Below, in pieces: positions 24,654-32,000 of a stretch of DNA of 32,000 nt; position 1 is the stretch's first letter; the number at the start of each line of letters is the position of its first letter. The stretch covers positions 2,310,001 to 2,342,000 of the forward strand of contig NC_009664.2 of NCBI RefSeq assembly GCF_000017305.1, written 5' to 3'. Source of the DNA: Kineococcus radiotolerans SRS30216 = ATCC BAA-149. GTDB lineage: Bacteria; Actinomycetota; Actinomycetes; Actinomycetales; Kineococcaceae. The translations under genes and the position numbers were made by a program. The notes beneath the pieces are model-generated. The model had not been told where the DNA came from, made no database searches, and saw only the letters and a list, made by a program, of their open reading frames with translations.

Positions 24654-26366
24654 ATGACCCGGACGGCGCAGGCATCAGCCACCATCGTCGGTGTGAGCGC
24701 ACCGCAGGACCAGCAGACCGCCAGACCGGACGAACCCCCCGCGGGGGACTCCCTCGCCCGGTCCAGCGCGCTGATGGCGAGCGGGACGCTGGTGTCGCGG
24801 CTGCTGGGGTTCGTGCGCAGCGCCGTGCAGGGGGCGGCGATCGGCGGCACCACGCAGGTCGGGGCCCAGGTCTTCGACGTCGCCAACAAGGCGCCCAACG
24901 TCTTCTACATGCTGCTGGCCGGCGGCGTCCTCAACGCCGTCCTCGTCCCGCAGATCGTGCGGGCGCTGAAGCTGCCCGACGGCGGCAAGGAGTTCGTCGA
25001 CCGGCTCATCACCCTCGCGCTGGTGATCATGGCGGGGGCGACGGTGGTCCTGACGCTGGCGGCGCCGCTGGTGGTGCGCATCTACGCCCGCTTCCCCGCC
25101 GACTGGATGGCACTGACGGCGGCCATGGCGTTCTGGTGCCTGCCGCAGGTGTTCTTCTACGGCCTCTACACGGTGCTCGGGCAGGTCCTGAACGCCAAGG
25201 GCAGCTTCGGGCCGTTCATGTGGGCCCCGGTGCTCAACAACGTGGTGGCCATCGCCGGGCTGGTCGCCTTCATGCTGCTCGTGCCCGGGGCCGCGGAGCT
25301 GCCGGTCGGGGAGTGGCAGCCGTGGATGATCGCGCTGCTCGCCGGGACGGCGACCCTCGGCATCGTCGCCCAGGCCCTGGTGCTGTTCTGGCCGCTGCGC
25401 CGGGCCGGGTTCCGCTACCGGCCCCGCTGGGGCTTCCGCGGGACGGGCCTGCGCAGCGCGGGGCGGGTCGCGGGGTGGACCTTCGCCGCGGTCGTCGCGG
25501 GGCAGCTGGTCTTCGCCTTCACGACGCAGACCGCCACCCGCGCCGGGCGCCAGCTCAGCGAGCTCGGGGTCAACGGCGCGAGCGGCGCCTCGTACACGTA
25601 CGCGTTCCTGCTCTTCATGCTGCCGCACTCCCTCGTCGCGGTCTCCCTCGTCACCGCGCTCTTCACCCGGCTCAGCTCCGCGGCGGCGACGGGCGACACC
25701 GCCGCCGTCCGCCGCGACTTCTCCACCGGGGCCCGCACCGTCACCGTCGCGGGGGCGCTGGCCACCGCCGCGTTCGTGGCGCTGGGGCCGTGGATCGGGG
25801 CGGCGATGATCCCCGACGGCCGGCCCATCGGGCAGGTGCTCGTCGCGATGGCCGCCGGCCTCGTGCCCTTCAGCGTGAACTACCTGGTCAGCCGGGTGTT
25901 CTATGCCTACGAGGACGCCCGGACCCCCTTCGTCACCGCCGTCGTCAACGCCGTCGTCACCGCGATCGGCAACGTCGTCTGCTGGCTGGTCGTCCCGGCG
26001 CAGTGGACGGTCGTGGGCATCGGCGTGACCATGAGCGTCGCCAACGTCGTCGCCGGCACGCTCGGGCTGGTGCTGCTGCGCCGGAAGCTGAAGAGCCTCG
26101 ACGGGCGGGGGATCGACGGCCACCTCGTCCTGCGCACCGGGGTCCGCGTCCTGCTGATCGCGGTCCTCGCGGGGGGCGTGACCGCCGCGGCCGCCCGCCG
26201 CGTCGGGCCGCTGGAGGGCCAGGTGCCGAACCTCGCCGTCGTCCTCGCCGGCGGTGTCGTCGTCCTGGTCGTCTTCGTCCTGCTCTGCCGCGCCATGCGC
26301 GTGCGCGAGCTGCAGGACCTCGCGGGCCCGCTGCTGCGCCGGCTACCCCTGCCCCGTCGGCGCTGA
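24654..26366 (+). CDS. murJ: Lipid II flippase MurJ (MviN), stand-alone ~570 aa form
   Basis: MASGTLVSRLLGFVRSAVQGAAIG...NAVLVPQIV, about 14 hydrophobic segments, and VNYLVSRVFYAYEDARTPF. It is only the last 570 codons of track ORF 22113..26366. ATG 24654 was chosen; GTG 24693 is an alternative. Confidence 0.88.
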   Translation: MTRTAQASATIVGVSAPQDQQTARPDEPPAGDSLARSSALMASGTLVSRLLGFVRSAVQGAAIGGTTQVGAQVFDVANKAPNVFYMLLAGGVLNAVLVPQIVRALKLPDGGKEFVDRLITLALVIMAGATVVLTLAAPLVVRIYARFPADWMALTAAMAFWCLPQVFFYGLYTVLGQVLNAKGSFGPFMWAPVLNNVVAIAGLVAFMLLVPGAAELPVGEWQPWMIALLAGTATLGIVAQALVLFWPLRRAGFRYRPRWGFRGTGLRSAGRVAGWTFAAVVAGQLVFAFTTQTATRAGRQLSELGVNGASGASYTYAFLLFMLPHSLVAVSLVTALFTRLSSAAATGDTAAVRRDFSTGARTVTVAGALATAAFVALGPWIGAAMIPDGRPIGQVLVAMAAGLVPFSVNYLVSRVFYAYEDARTPFVTAVVNAVVTAIGNVVCWLVVPAQWTVVGIGVTMSVANVVAGTLGLVLLRRKLKSLDGRGIDGHLVLRTGVRVLLIAVLAGGVTAAAARRVGPLEGQVPNLAVVLAGGVVVLVVFVLLCRAMRVRELQDLAGPLLRRLPLPRRR

Positions 26367-28511
26367 CTCCTCGCGGGGCGCCGCGGCGAGGTCGGCGTGC
26401 TCGGCCTCGTCGACGCGGCGGCGGCCCTTGCGCACGGCCCGGACCACGCCCAGCACGAGCAGGCCCGCGGCGCCCCCGCCGACGACGCCGCTGATCCAGG
26501 TCTCGACGTCGGCGCGGACGTTGAGGTGGATGTCGACGGGCTCGCCGACGGCGCTGCCCGCGGGGGTGCGCAGCTGCGCCTCGACGACGACGCCGCCGTT
26601 GGCCAGCGCCCGCACCGGCACCGCGACCCGCTGCTGGCTGCGGGCGGCGACGGTCTGGCGGGGCACGGCGTCCAGCTGCACCCGCGGGGTCCGCGGCTTC
26701 AGGACGAGGTCGACCTGCACCGGCACGTCGAGCTCGTTGACCAGGGTGACGGGCAGCTCGCTGCGCTCGGCGGCGAGGTTGCGGACGCTGCCGCCGACGA
26801 TGCCGATCCCGGCGACGAGGCCCGCGAGCGCCTCCTCCACCCGGGTCCGGGCGGCGGGGAGGTCGGCGGTGTGACCCCGCCAGGACGCCCCGAGCAGCAG
26901 CAGCGCCGAGCGCTGCTGGGCCAGCAGCTGCGGGGCGGGCCGTCCGTCGGGGGTCCGCAGGGCCGTCGCGAAGCCGTCGGCGCCGGTGAGCTCGGCGTCC
27001 ACGGCGGCCACGTGGGCGGTGGGCAGCGCGGCCCGCGCCGCGGCCCGGGGGACGACGGGTCCCGCCCAGGGCGCCGCGGGCGCCGGGGCGGCCAGGAGGT
27101 CGGTCAGCGGCTGCCACCTCGCCCACCCGGACGCCTCGACGTCGGCGACCAGCGCCTGGACCGCCCCCGCGACGGGGCTGAAGCTGCGCGGGGCCACCAG
27201 CAGCTGGGGGCGGGGGTCGCTGGGGCGCTGCAGCGTCGTCGTGGCCGCCTCGGCGATCAGCCGCTGGCGGACGAGCACGACCTGGTCGGCGTCGGCGCAG
27301 TCGGCGAGGACCGAGGACATGGTCCGGTCGGCCACCAGGGTCTCGACGACGGAGCCCCCCACCTCCACCTCGGCCCGGCCCGCCGGGGTGAACGTCAGGT
27401 CCCCGTCGGGGACCAGGCAGGCGTCGTCGAGGACGACCGCGGTGGCACCCGCCCCCCGCGCCAGGGCCAGCACGTCCTCGTCGGCGGCCTCGTCGGCGGG
27501 CCAGGCGAGGTCGGTCCGGACCGTCGCGCCGAGGTCGTCGAGGGCGCCGGCGGCGGCCGCCACGGCCCGGGCGAGCAGCTGCGGCCCGTGGGCGGAGCGT
27601 TCGAGGGCGAGGAGGTCGGGGTCCCCGTGGGGCAGGGCGACGACGTCGCGCCCGCCCGCCGCCGCCCGCAGGTCCGCCAGCCACGCCCCGACGGCGCGGG
27701 CCTCCTCGCCGGTGGGCACCGCCCCGCCCGGGGTGGCCCCCGCCGGCTGCCCCGCCGACGCCGCCGCGGCGGCCGCCTCGGCGGCGGCGACGACGTCGCG
27801 CACGGCCGCCGGCAGCGCCGGGTCCAGCGCCCACGCCGTGCGCGGGTCGCTGCTCGCCGCGACGAGGGGACCCAGCCGGTCCCCGACGGCGCGCGCCAGC
27901 CCGCCGGGCGAGCCGTCGCGGCCGGTGACCAGGGGCAGCAGCAGCGTCAGGGGGGTGGGGGCGACCTGCGGGGGGGCGGAGACGAGGAACGTGCGGACGA
28001 CGCCGACCTTCCCGTCGTCGCCGGACACCTCGACGGCCGCGAGGTGCGCCCCGGCTCCGCTGCCGAGGTCGGCGGCGGCCAGGCTCAGCGAGACCTCCGC
28101 GCCGGCGCCGGGCGCGAGGGCGCCGGCGCCGACGGCGACGTCGTCGGAGCTGGCGGAGGAGCGGGTGATGGAGGCGCGGTCGGGGGCGCGGGCCCAGTCG
28201 TCCAGCGCCGAGCGCGCCACCGAGGGGGCGCGCTGGGCGACGAGGCGGGCGGTGAGACCGGTCAGGGCCCGCGCCCCGGGGTTCTCCACCCGCACCCGCA
28301 CGACGACGGTCGAGCGCTCCGGGTCCTGCGCGGAGTACGCCGACGGGGTGACGTCGAGGAGCACCACCCGCAGCGGCAGGTCGCTGCCGCCGGCCGTGGA
28401 CGTGGCGGTGGGGGCGGGGGTCGCGGCCCGGGCCGCGCCGGCGGGCAGGAGGGCGCCGCCGGCGGCGAGACCGGCGAGGACCCGCCGCCGGCCCACGCTG
28501 CGGGGGGTCAC
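26343..28511 (-). CDS. Large exported, C-terminally membrane-anchored conserved actinobacterial protein (Rv3909 / DUF6049-like)
   Basis: 722 aa from GTG 28511, which overlaps the Nudix stop (GTGA). Tat-like signal GRRRVLAGLAAGGALLPAGAARA. C-terminal TM segment WISGVVGGGAAGLLVLGVVRAV followed by RKGRRR. Family assignment is by synteny and memory only. Confidence 0.75.
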   Translation of the reverse strand: MTPRSVGRRRVLAGLAAGGALLPAGAARAATPAPTATSTAGGSDLPLRVVLLDVTPSAYSAQDPERSTVVVRVRVENPGARALTGLTARLVAQRAPSVARSALDDWARAPDRASITRSSASSDDVAVGAGALAPGAGAEVSLSLAAADLGSGAGAHLAAVEVSGDDGKVGVVRTFLVSAPPQVAPTPLTLLLPLVTGRDGSPGGLARAVGDRLGPLVAASSDPRTAWALDPALPAAVRDVVAAAEAAAAAASAGQPAGATPGGAVPTGEEARAVGAWLADLRAAAGGRDVVALPHGDPDLLALERSAHGPQLLARAVAAAAGALDDLGATVRTDLAWPADEAADEDVLALARGAGATAVVLDDACLVPDGDLTFTPAGRAEVEVGGSVVETLVADRTMSSVLADCADADQVVLVRQRLIAEAATTTLQRPSDPRPQLLVAPRSFSPVAGAVQALVADVEASGWARWQPLTDLLAAPAPAAPWAGPVVPRAAARAALPTAHVAAVDAELTGADGFATALRTPDGRPAPQLLAQQRSALLLLGASWRGHTADLPAARTRVEEALAGLVAGIGIVGGSVRNLAAERSELPVTLVNELDVPVQVDLVLKPRTPRVQLDAVPRQTVAARSQQRVAVPVRALANGGVVVEAQLRTPAGSAVGEPVDIHLNVRADVETWISGVVGGGAAGLLVLGVVRAVRKGRRRVDEAEHADLAAAPREESAPTGQG

Positions 28512-28984
28512 GCCAGTTCGCCCAGCCGCGACGTCGCGGCGAGCGCGGCGCGGCGCTCGTTGGGGAAGGCGAGGCGGGCGTCGAGGTCGCTGAACGCGAC
28601 CCACTCCACGTCGATCGCCTCGGCGTCAGGGTCGTTCTCGACGGTCAGGGTGCCGCCGGTGGCCTTGAGCAGGAAGAGGTGCACGACCTTGTGGATGCGC
28701 CGGCCGTCGGCGGAGAACCAGTAGTCGATGCTGCCGAGGTCCTCGACGACCTCGCCGCGGATCCCGGTCTCCTCCTCGATCTCGCGCACGGCCGCCTCCT
28801 CGAGGGTCTCCTCGCCCTCGAGGTGCCCCTTGGGCAGGCACCACTCCTCGCGCCCGGCGCGGTTGAGGCGGCAGATCACCGCGGCGCGCGGGACGCCGGT
28901 GGAGAAGTCGACGACGAGCCCACCGGAGGAGGTCTCCTGCACGGTGGGCAGCCGGCGGCGCGGCTCCCGGGCAGGCTTGACCAT
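28508..28984 (-). CDS. Nudix hydrolase (MutT4-like position)
   Basis: Nudix box GHLEGEETLEEAAVREIEEETGI. 158 aa. Confidence 0.88.
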   Translation of the reverse strand: MVKPAREPRRRLPTVQETSSGGLVVDFSTGVPRAAVICRLNRAGREEWCLPKGHLEGEETLEEAAVREIEEETGIRGEVVEDLGSIDYWFSADGRRIHKVVHLFLLKATGGTLTVENDPDAEAIDVEWVAFSDLDARLAFPNERRAALAATSRLGELA

Positions 28985-29016
28985 CGGCTCACTGTAGCCA
29001 GCGCGGGGTCCGCTCC

Positions 29017-30543
29017 ATGGCAGGCTTGGACCCCGTGCTGCCCGACCCGCCCAGCCCGACCGTCCCGACGGACCCGACGACCGCCCTGGAACGGGCGATG
29101 GAGGAAGCCCGGACCCGCGCGATCACCGCGCTGGAACCGGTGATGCCGCTGCTCGTCGACCTCGGCCGGGTCTTCGCGGGGGCCGGGTTCGAGCTGTCGC
29201 TGGTGGGGGGCCCGGTCCGCGACGCCTTCCTCGGCCGCCGCTCCGCCGACCTGGACTTCACCACCGATGCCCGCCCCGACGACACCGTCCGGCTGCTGAA
29301 GGCGTGGGGCGACGCGCACTGGGAGGTCGGGCGGGACTTCGGCACGATCGGCGCGCGCAAGAAGGACGTCGTGGTCGAGGTGACGACGTACCGCTCGGAG
29401 AGCTACGACCCGGACTCCCGCAAGCCGGAGGTCGCCTACGGCGACGACCTCGTGGGCGACCTGTCGCGGCGCGACTTCACCGTCAACGCGATGGCGCTGC
29501 GGCTGCCGTCGCTGGACTTCGCCGACCCCCACGACGGCCTCACCGACCTCGCCGCGGGGGTCCTGCGCACCCCGGGCACGGCGGAGCGGTCGTTCTCCGA
29601 CGACCCGCTGCGGATGATGCGCGCGGCCCGGTTCGCGGCGCAGCTGCGGATGCGGGTCGCCCCCGACGTGGTGGCCGCGATGACGGCGATGGCCGCGCGG
29701 ATCGCCATCGTGTCCGCGGAGCGGGTGCGGGTGGAGCTGGAGAAGACGCTGCTGGCCGCCGACCCCGTCGCGGGTCTGCGCCTGCTGGTGGACACCGGGC
29801 TGGCCGAGCACGTGCTGCCGGAGCTGCCGGCGCTGCAGCTGGAGATCGACGAGCACCACCGCCACAAGGACGTCTACGAGCACTCCCTGACGGTGCTGCA
29901 GCAGGCCATCGACCTGGAGGGCGGCGACGTCCCGGGCCCGGACCTGCTGCTGCGGCTGTCGGCGCTGCTGCACGACATCGGCAAGCCCCGCACGCGCCGG
30001 TTCGAGGAGGGCGGCGGGGTGAGCTTCCACCACCACGAGGTGGTGGGGGCGAAGCTGGTGGCGAAGCGGCTGAAGGCGCTGCGCTTCGACAACGACACGA
30101 TCAAGGCGGTGGCGCGGCTCACCGAGCTGCACCTGCGCTTCCACGGCTACGGCGACGGGGAGTGGACCGACTCCGCGGTGCGCCGCTACGTCACCGACGC
30201 GGGCCCGCTGCTGCCGCGGCTGCACAAGCTGACCCGCAGCGACTGCACGACCCGCAACGCCCGCAAGGCCAAGCGCCTGGCCGACGCCTACGACGACCTG
30301 GAGGCGCGGATCGCGCGGCTGCGCGAGCAGGAGGAGCTGGACAGCATCCGCCCCGACCTCGACGGCACGCAGATCATGGCGCTGCTGGGGATCGGGCCCT
30401 CGCGGGTGGTGGGCCGGGCCTACCAGTTCCTGCTGGGGCTGCGGATGGACCGGGGGCCGTTGGGGGCGGAGGTCGCCGAGCGGGAGCTGCGGGCGTGGTG
30501 GGCGCAGCAGCCGGAGGCGGCGCCCGACGCGGACGGGGCCTGA
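29017..30543 (+). CDS. cca: CCA tRNA nucleotidyltransferase / poly(A) polymerase family with HD domain (PcnA-like)
   Basis: LVGGPVRDAFLGR..DLDFTT nucleotidyltransferase motif, RDFTVNAMA, DPLRMMRAARF, and HD domain HHRHKDVYEHS / LLHDIGKP. Confidence 0.88.
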   Translation: MAGLDPVLPDPPSPTVPTDPTTALERAMEEARTRAITALEPVMPLLVDLGRVFAGAGFELSLVGGPVRDAFLGRRSADLDFTTDARPDDTVRLLKAWGDAHWEVGRDFGTIGARKKDVVVEVTTYRSESYDPDSRKPEVAYGDDLVGDLSRRDFTVNAMALRLPSLDFADPHDGLTDLAAGVLRTPGTAERSFSDDPLRMMRAARFAAQLRMRVAPDVVAAMTAMAARIAIVSAERVRVELEKTLLAADPVAGLRLLVDTGLAEHVLPELPALQLEIDEHHRHKDVYEHSLTVLQQAIDLEGGDVPGPDLLLRLSALLHDIGKPRTRRFEEGGGVSFHHHEVVGAKLVAKRLKALRFDNDTIKAVARLTELHLRFHGYGDGEWTDSAVRRYVTDAGPLLPRLHKLTRSDCTTRNARKAKRLADAYDDLEARIARLREQEELDSIRPDLDGTQIMALLGIGPSRVVGRAYQFLLGLRMDRGPLGAEVAERELRAWWAQQPEAAPDADGA

Positions 30544-30653
30544 GGGCGGCGCCGCCGCGGCGCGGGCCCGGGGGGTGCGGAGCGCGGGGCTGTCCTACCG
30601 TGCCGGGGGGCGCTCACGCCGCCCCTGGACCCGAACCGCACCGTGGAGCACCG

Positions 30654-30719
30654 ATGTCGCCGATCACCGCAGTCCCCGTCGACCGCCGCGGCGGGTGCGA
30701 GCGCGGGGGGCGGCGGTGA
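30654..30719 (+). CDS. Candidate 21-codon upstream ORF coupled to the GAF-ANTAR gene (speculative)
   Basis: GGAG lies 5 nt before ATG 30654. The peptide is MSPITAVPVDRRGGCERGGRR. The stop TGA 30717-30719 overlaps GTG 30716 of the downstream gene (GTGA). 19 of 20 codons end in G/C. Confidence 0.3.
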   Translation: MSPITAVPVDRRGGCERGGRR

Positions 30720-31474
30720 GCCGCCTCGTGGACGCCTTCACCACCGCGTGGCGGGGTGAGGTGGCCGTCCGGGGGGAGGACCTCCTGCCCAGCGTCCTGG
30801 CCCGGGCCTGCGCGCGCGTCACGGCCTTCGACGCGGCGGGGTTGAGCCTGATGAGCGGTCCCGACGCCCGGGTTCCGCTCGGCGCCAGCGACGAGGACGC
30901 CTCCGTCGCGGAGCGGTTGCAGTACACCGTCGGCGAGGGACCGTGCTTCCGGGCGATGACCACCGGGCGCCCGGTGGTGGTCACCGAGGAGGGGTTCGCG
31001 CGGGAGTGGCCGGTGCTGGCCGAGCAGCACTTCAGCCGCACCCCGTTCCGCGGGGGCCTCAGCGTCCCCCTGCGGGCGGGCGGTGTCCCCGTCGGGGTGC
31101 TCGACCTCTACCTGCTCCGTTCCCGGCCGCTGGACGGCGGGGACGTCCTCGACGCCCAGGACGTCGCCGCGGCCACCACGGCCGTCCTGGTCGGCACCCT
31201 GCACGAGCCCGGGGGCGACGTGGACCGCGACCACCCGGGCGGGGACGGCGCCGCCCTCGACGGGTGGCGGGACTCCCCGGCCACGCACCGGCGCCGGCAG
31301 GTGTGGATCGCCGCCGGCATGGCCGACCTCGTCCTGGCCGTGCCGAGCGAGCAGGCCCTGGCCCTGCTGCGCGCCCACGCCTACGCCACGGGCGTGACCC
31401 TGGACGCCTTCGCCGAGGACGTCGTCTCCGGGCGCTTCGACGTGGCCGAGCTGCGCCTGGACCTGCTGCGCTGA
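30716..31474 (+). CDS. GAF + ANTAR domain (RNA-binding antiterminator-type) regulator
   Basis: N-terminal GAF-like segment (AAGLSLMSGPD...QYTVGEGPCFRAMTTGRPVVV...GVLDLY). C-terminal ANTAR-like helices (RRRQVWIAAGMADLVLAVPSEQALALLRAHAYATGVTLDAFAEDVV). The start is uncertain: GTG 30716 is favoured, and the track start is 30575. Confidence 0.65.
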   Translation: MSRLVDAFTTAWRGEVAVRGEDLLPSVLARACARVTAFDAAGLSLMSGPDARVPLGASDEDASVAERLQYTVGEGPCFRAMTTGRPVVVTEEGFAREWPVLAEQHFSRTPFRGGLSVPLRAGGVPVGVLDLYLLRSRPLDGGDVLDAQDVAAATTAVLVGTLHEPGGDVDRDHPGGDGAALDGWRDSPATHRRRQVWIAAGMADLVLAVPSEQALALLRAHAYATGVTLDAFAEDVVSGRFDVAELRLDLLR

Positions 31475-31481
31475 GGGGCCG

Positions 31482-31525
31482 GCGCGGGCCGGCTGGGGCC
31501 GGTCAGGGGCGGCCCTGGCCCGCGC
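31482..31525. terminator. Nested GC hairpin between the convergent GAF-ANTAR and PilZ genes
   Basis: Outer stem GCGCGGGCC (31482-31490) / GGCCCGCGC (31517-31525). Inner stem GGGCCG (31496-31501) / CGGCCC (31510-31515) with an 8-nt loop. Confidence 0.4.
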
Positions 31526-31537
31526 GGGCGGGTGCGG

Positions 31538-32000
31538 TCAGCCGCGCGACTGGCGGGCCAGCTCGCTGAGGACGCTGCGCTCCAGGACCTGCGCGGCGCT
31601 CTCCTCCAGCTCCACGAACCGCACGACGGCCTCGCCGGACTCCTGGTCCACGCGCAGGACCTCGCCGCGGGCGTGGACCTCGAGCCCGTCCCCGAGCTCG
31701 AGGTCGACCTCGAGCTCGCCGTGGGCGGGCACGTCCGCCGCGCCCTCGATGCGCATGCCGGTGCGGGAGTAGTCGATGGTGCGGACGTCGGCGACGCCGT
31801 CGGCGGTGGTCAGGTGCGCGGTGACCGCGACGGGGGCGCGGACGGCGGCGCGGCGGGTCTCGGAGGCGAGCAGCATGACGCCGGTGAGGGCGAGCTCGTC
31901 GTCGCGGTGGGCCTGGGCGACGGCCTGGAAGACGGCGTGGGGGGTGACGCCGTCGGCGCCGCCGGCGTCGGTGCTGACCCAGACGCGCTGGCCGTCGAGG
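31538..32000 (-). CDS. PilZ domain (c-di-GMP receptor) protein, 5' end probably beyond the right edge
   Basis: RRAAVR (RxxxR) and DYSRTG (D/NxSxxG) motifs. The frame stays open with near-100% GC3 from 31876 up to position 32000 (..LDGQRVWVSTDAGGADGVTPHAVFQAVAQAHRDDELALTGV-MLLASETRR..), so the track's ATG 31876 is probably internal. Confidence 0.7.
   Translation of the reverse strand, partial: LDGQRVWVSTDAGGADGVTPHAVFQAVAQAHRDDELALTGVMLLASETRRAAVRAPVAVTAHLTTADGVADVRTIDYSRTGMRIEGAADVPAHGELEVDLELGDGLEVHARGEVLRVDQESGEAVVRFVELEESAAQVLERSVLSELARQSRG

Noticed and set aside
25957-27834. 625-aa (-) and 775-aa (+, 26397..28724) Arg/Gly-rich ORFs over murJ and the DUF6049-like gene
   Set aside because: They are shadow frames with extreme Arg/Gly/Pro content, no motifs, and full overlap with better-supported genes.
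1-32000. Mobile elements, prophage, defence or toxin-antitoxin islands, rRNA/tRNA genes
   Set aside because: No integrase, transposase, Cas or restriction-like motifs, no terminal inverted repeats, and no compositional break were seen. The gene order follows conserved actinobacterial origin-region synteny throughout. The only non-core-looking DNA is the 15-bp repeat array and possibly the ATPase plus NlpC/P60 pair.

Overview
This window is the chromosomal replication-origin neighbourhood of a very GC-rich actinobacterium (by eye >70% GC). It is inverted relative to the usual dnaA-forward convention. Leftward from the origin on the minus strand lie dnaA, the oriC DnaA-box cluster, dnaN, a gnd-type 6-phosphogluconate dehydrogenase, recF, DUF721/DciA, gyrB and partial gyrA. 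Rightward on the plus strand lie rpmH, rnpA, yidD, yidC, jag, rsmG, parA, parB and a GNAT-like gene. The right half carries the conserved block trxA, trxB, anti-sigma, ECF sigma and pseudokinase on the minus strand. From memory this is the same order as M. tuberculosis Rv3910-Rv3914 and S. coelicolor SigT-RstA-TrxBA. It is followed by an RsbW-type ATPase, an NlpC/P60 peptidase, murJ, a DUF6049/Rv3909-like exported protein, a Nudix hydrolase, the CCA-adding enzyme, a GAF-ANTAR protein and a partial PilZ protein. I saw no rRNA, tRNA, CRISPR, transposase, integrase or recognisable defence genes. Most long ORFs in the six-frame track are GC-driven shadow ORFs. Four things deserve a second look. 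(i) 21 perfect copies of a 15-bp unit fill the gap between the ECF sigma gene and its anti-sigma gene. They carry a period-3 divergence signature and start/stop overlaps at both ends, consistent with a cryptic translationally coupled Arg-rich (GRART)n ORF, and they form a dense G-quadruplex motif array on the sense strand. (ii) There are seven parS-type sites. Five are packed into 314 bp of the parA 5' region, and all six sites lying inside the parA or rsmG ORFs are read in the same codon phase. (iii) oriC and its surroundings contain phased GACGGGC direct repeats and DnaA-box palindromes. (iv) MurJ and its pseudokinase partner are split and inverted. All functional calls rest on motif recognition and remembered synteny; no database search was possible.
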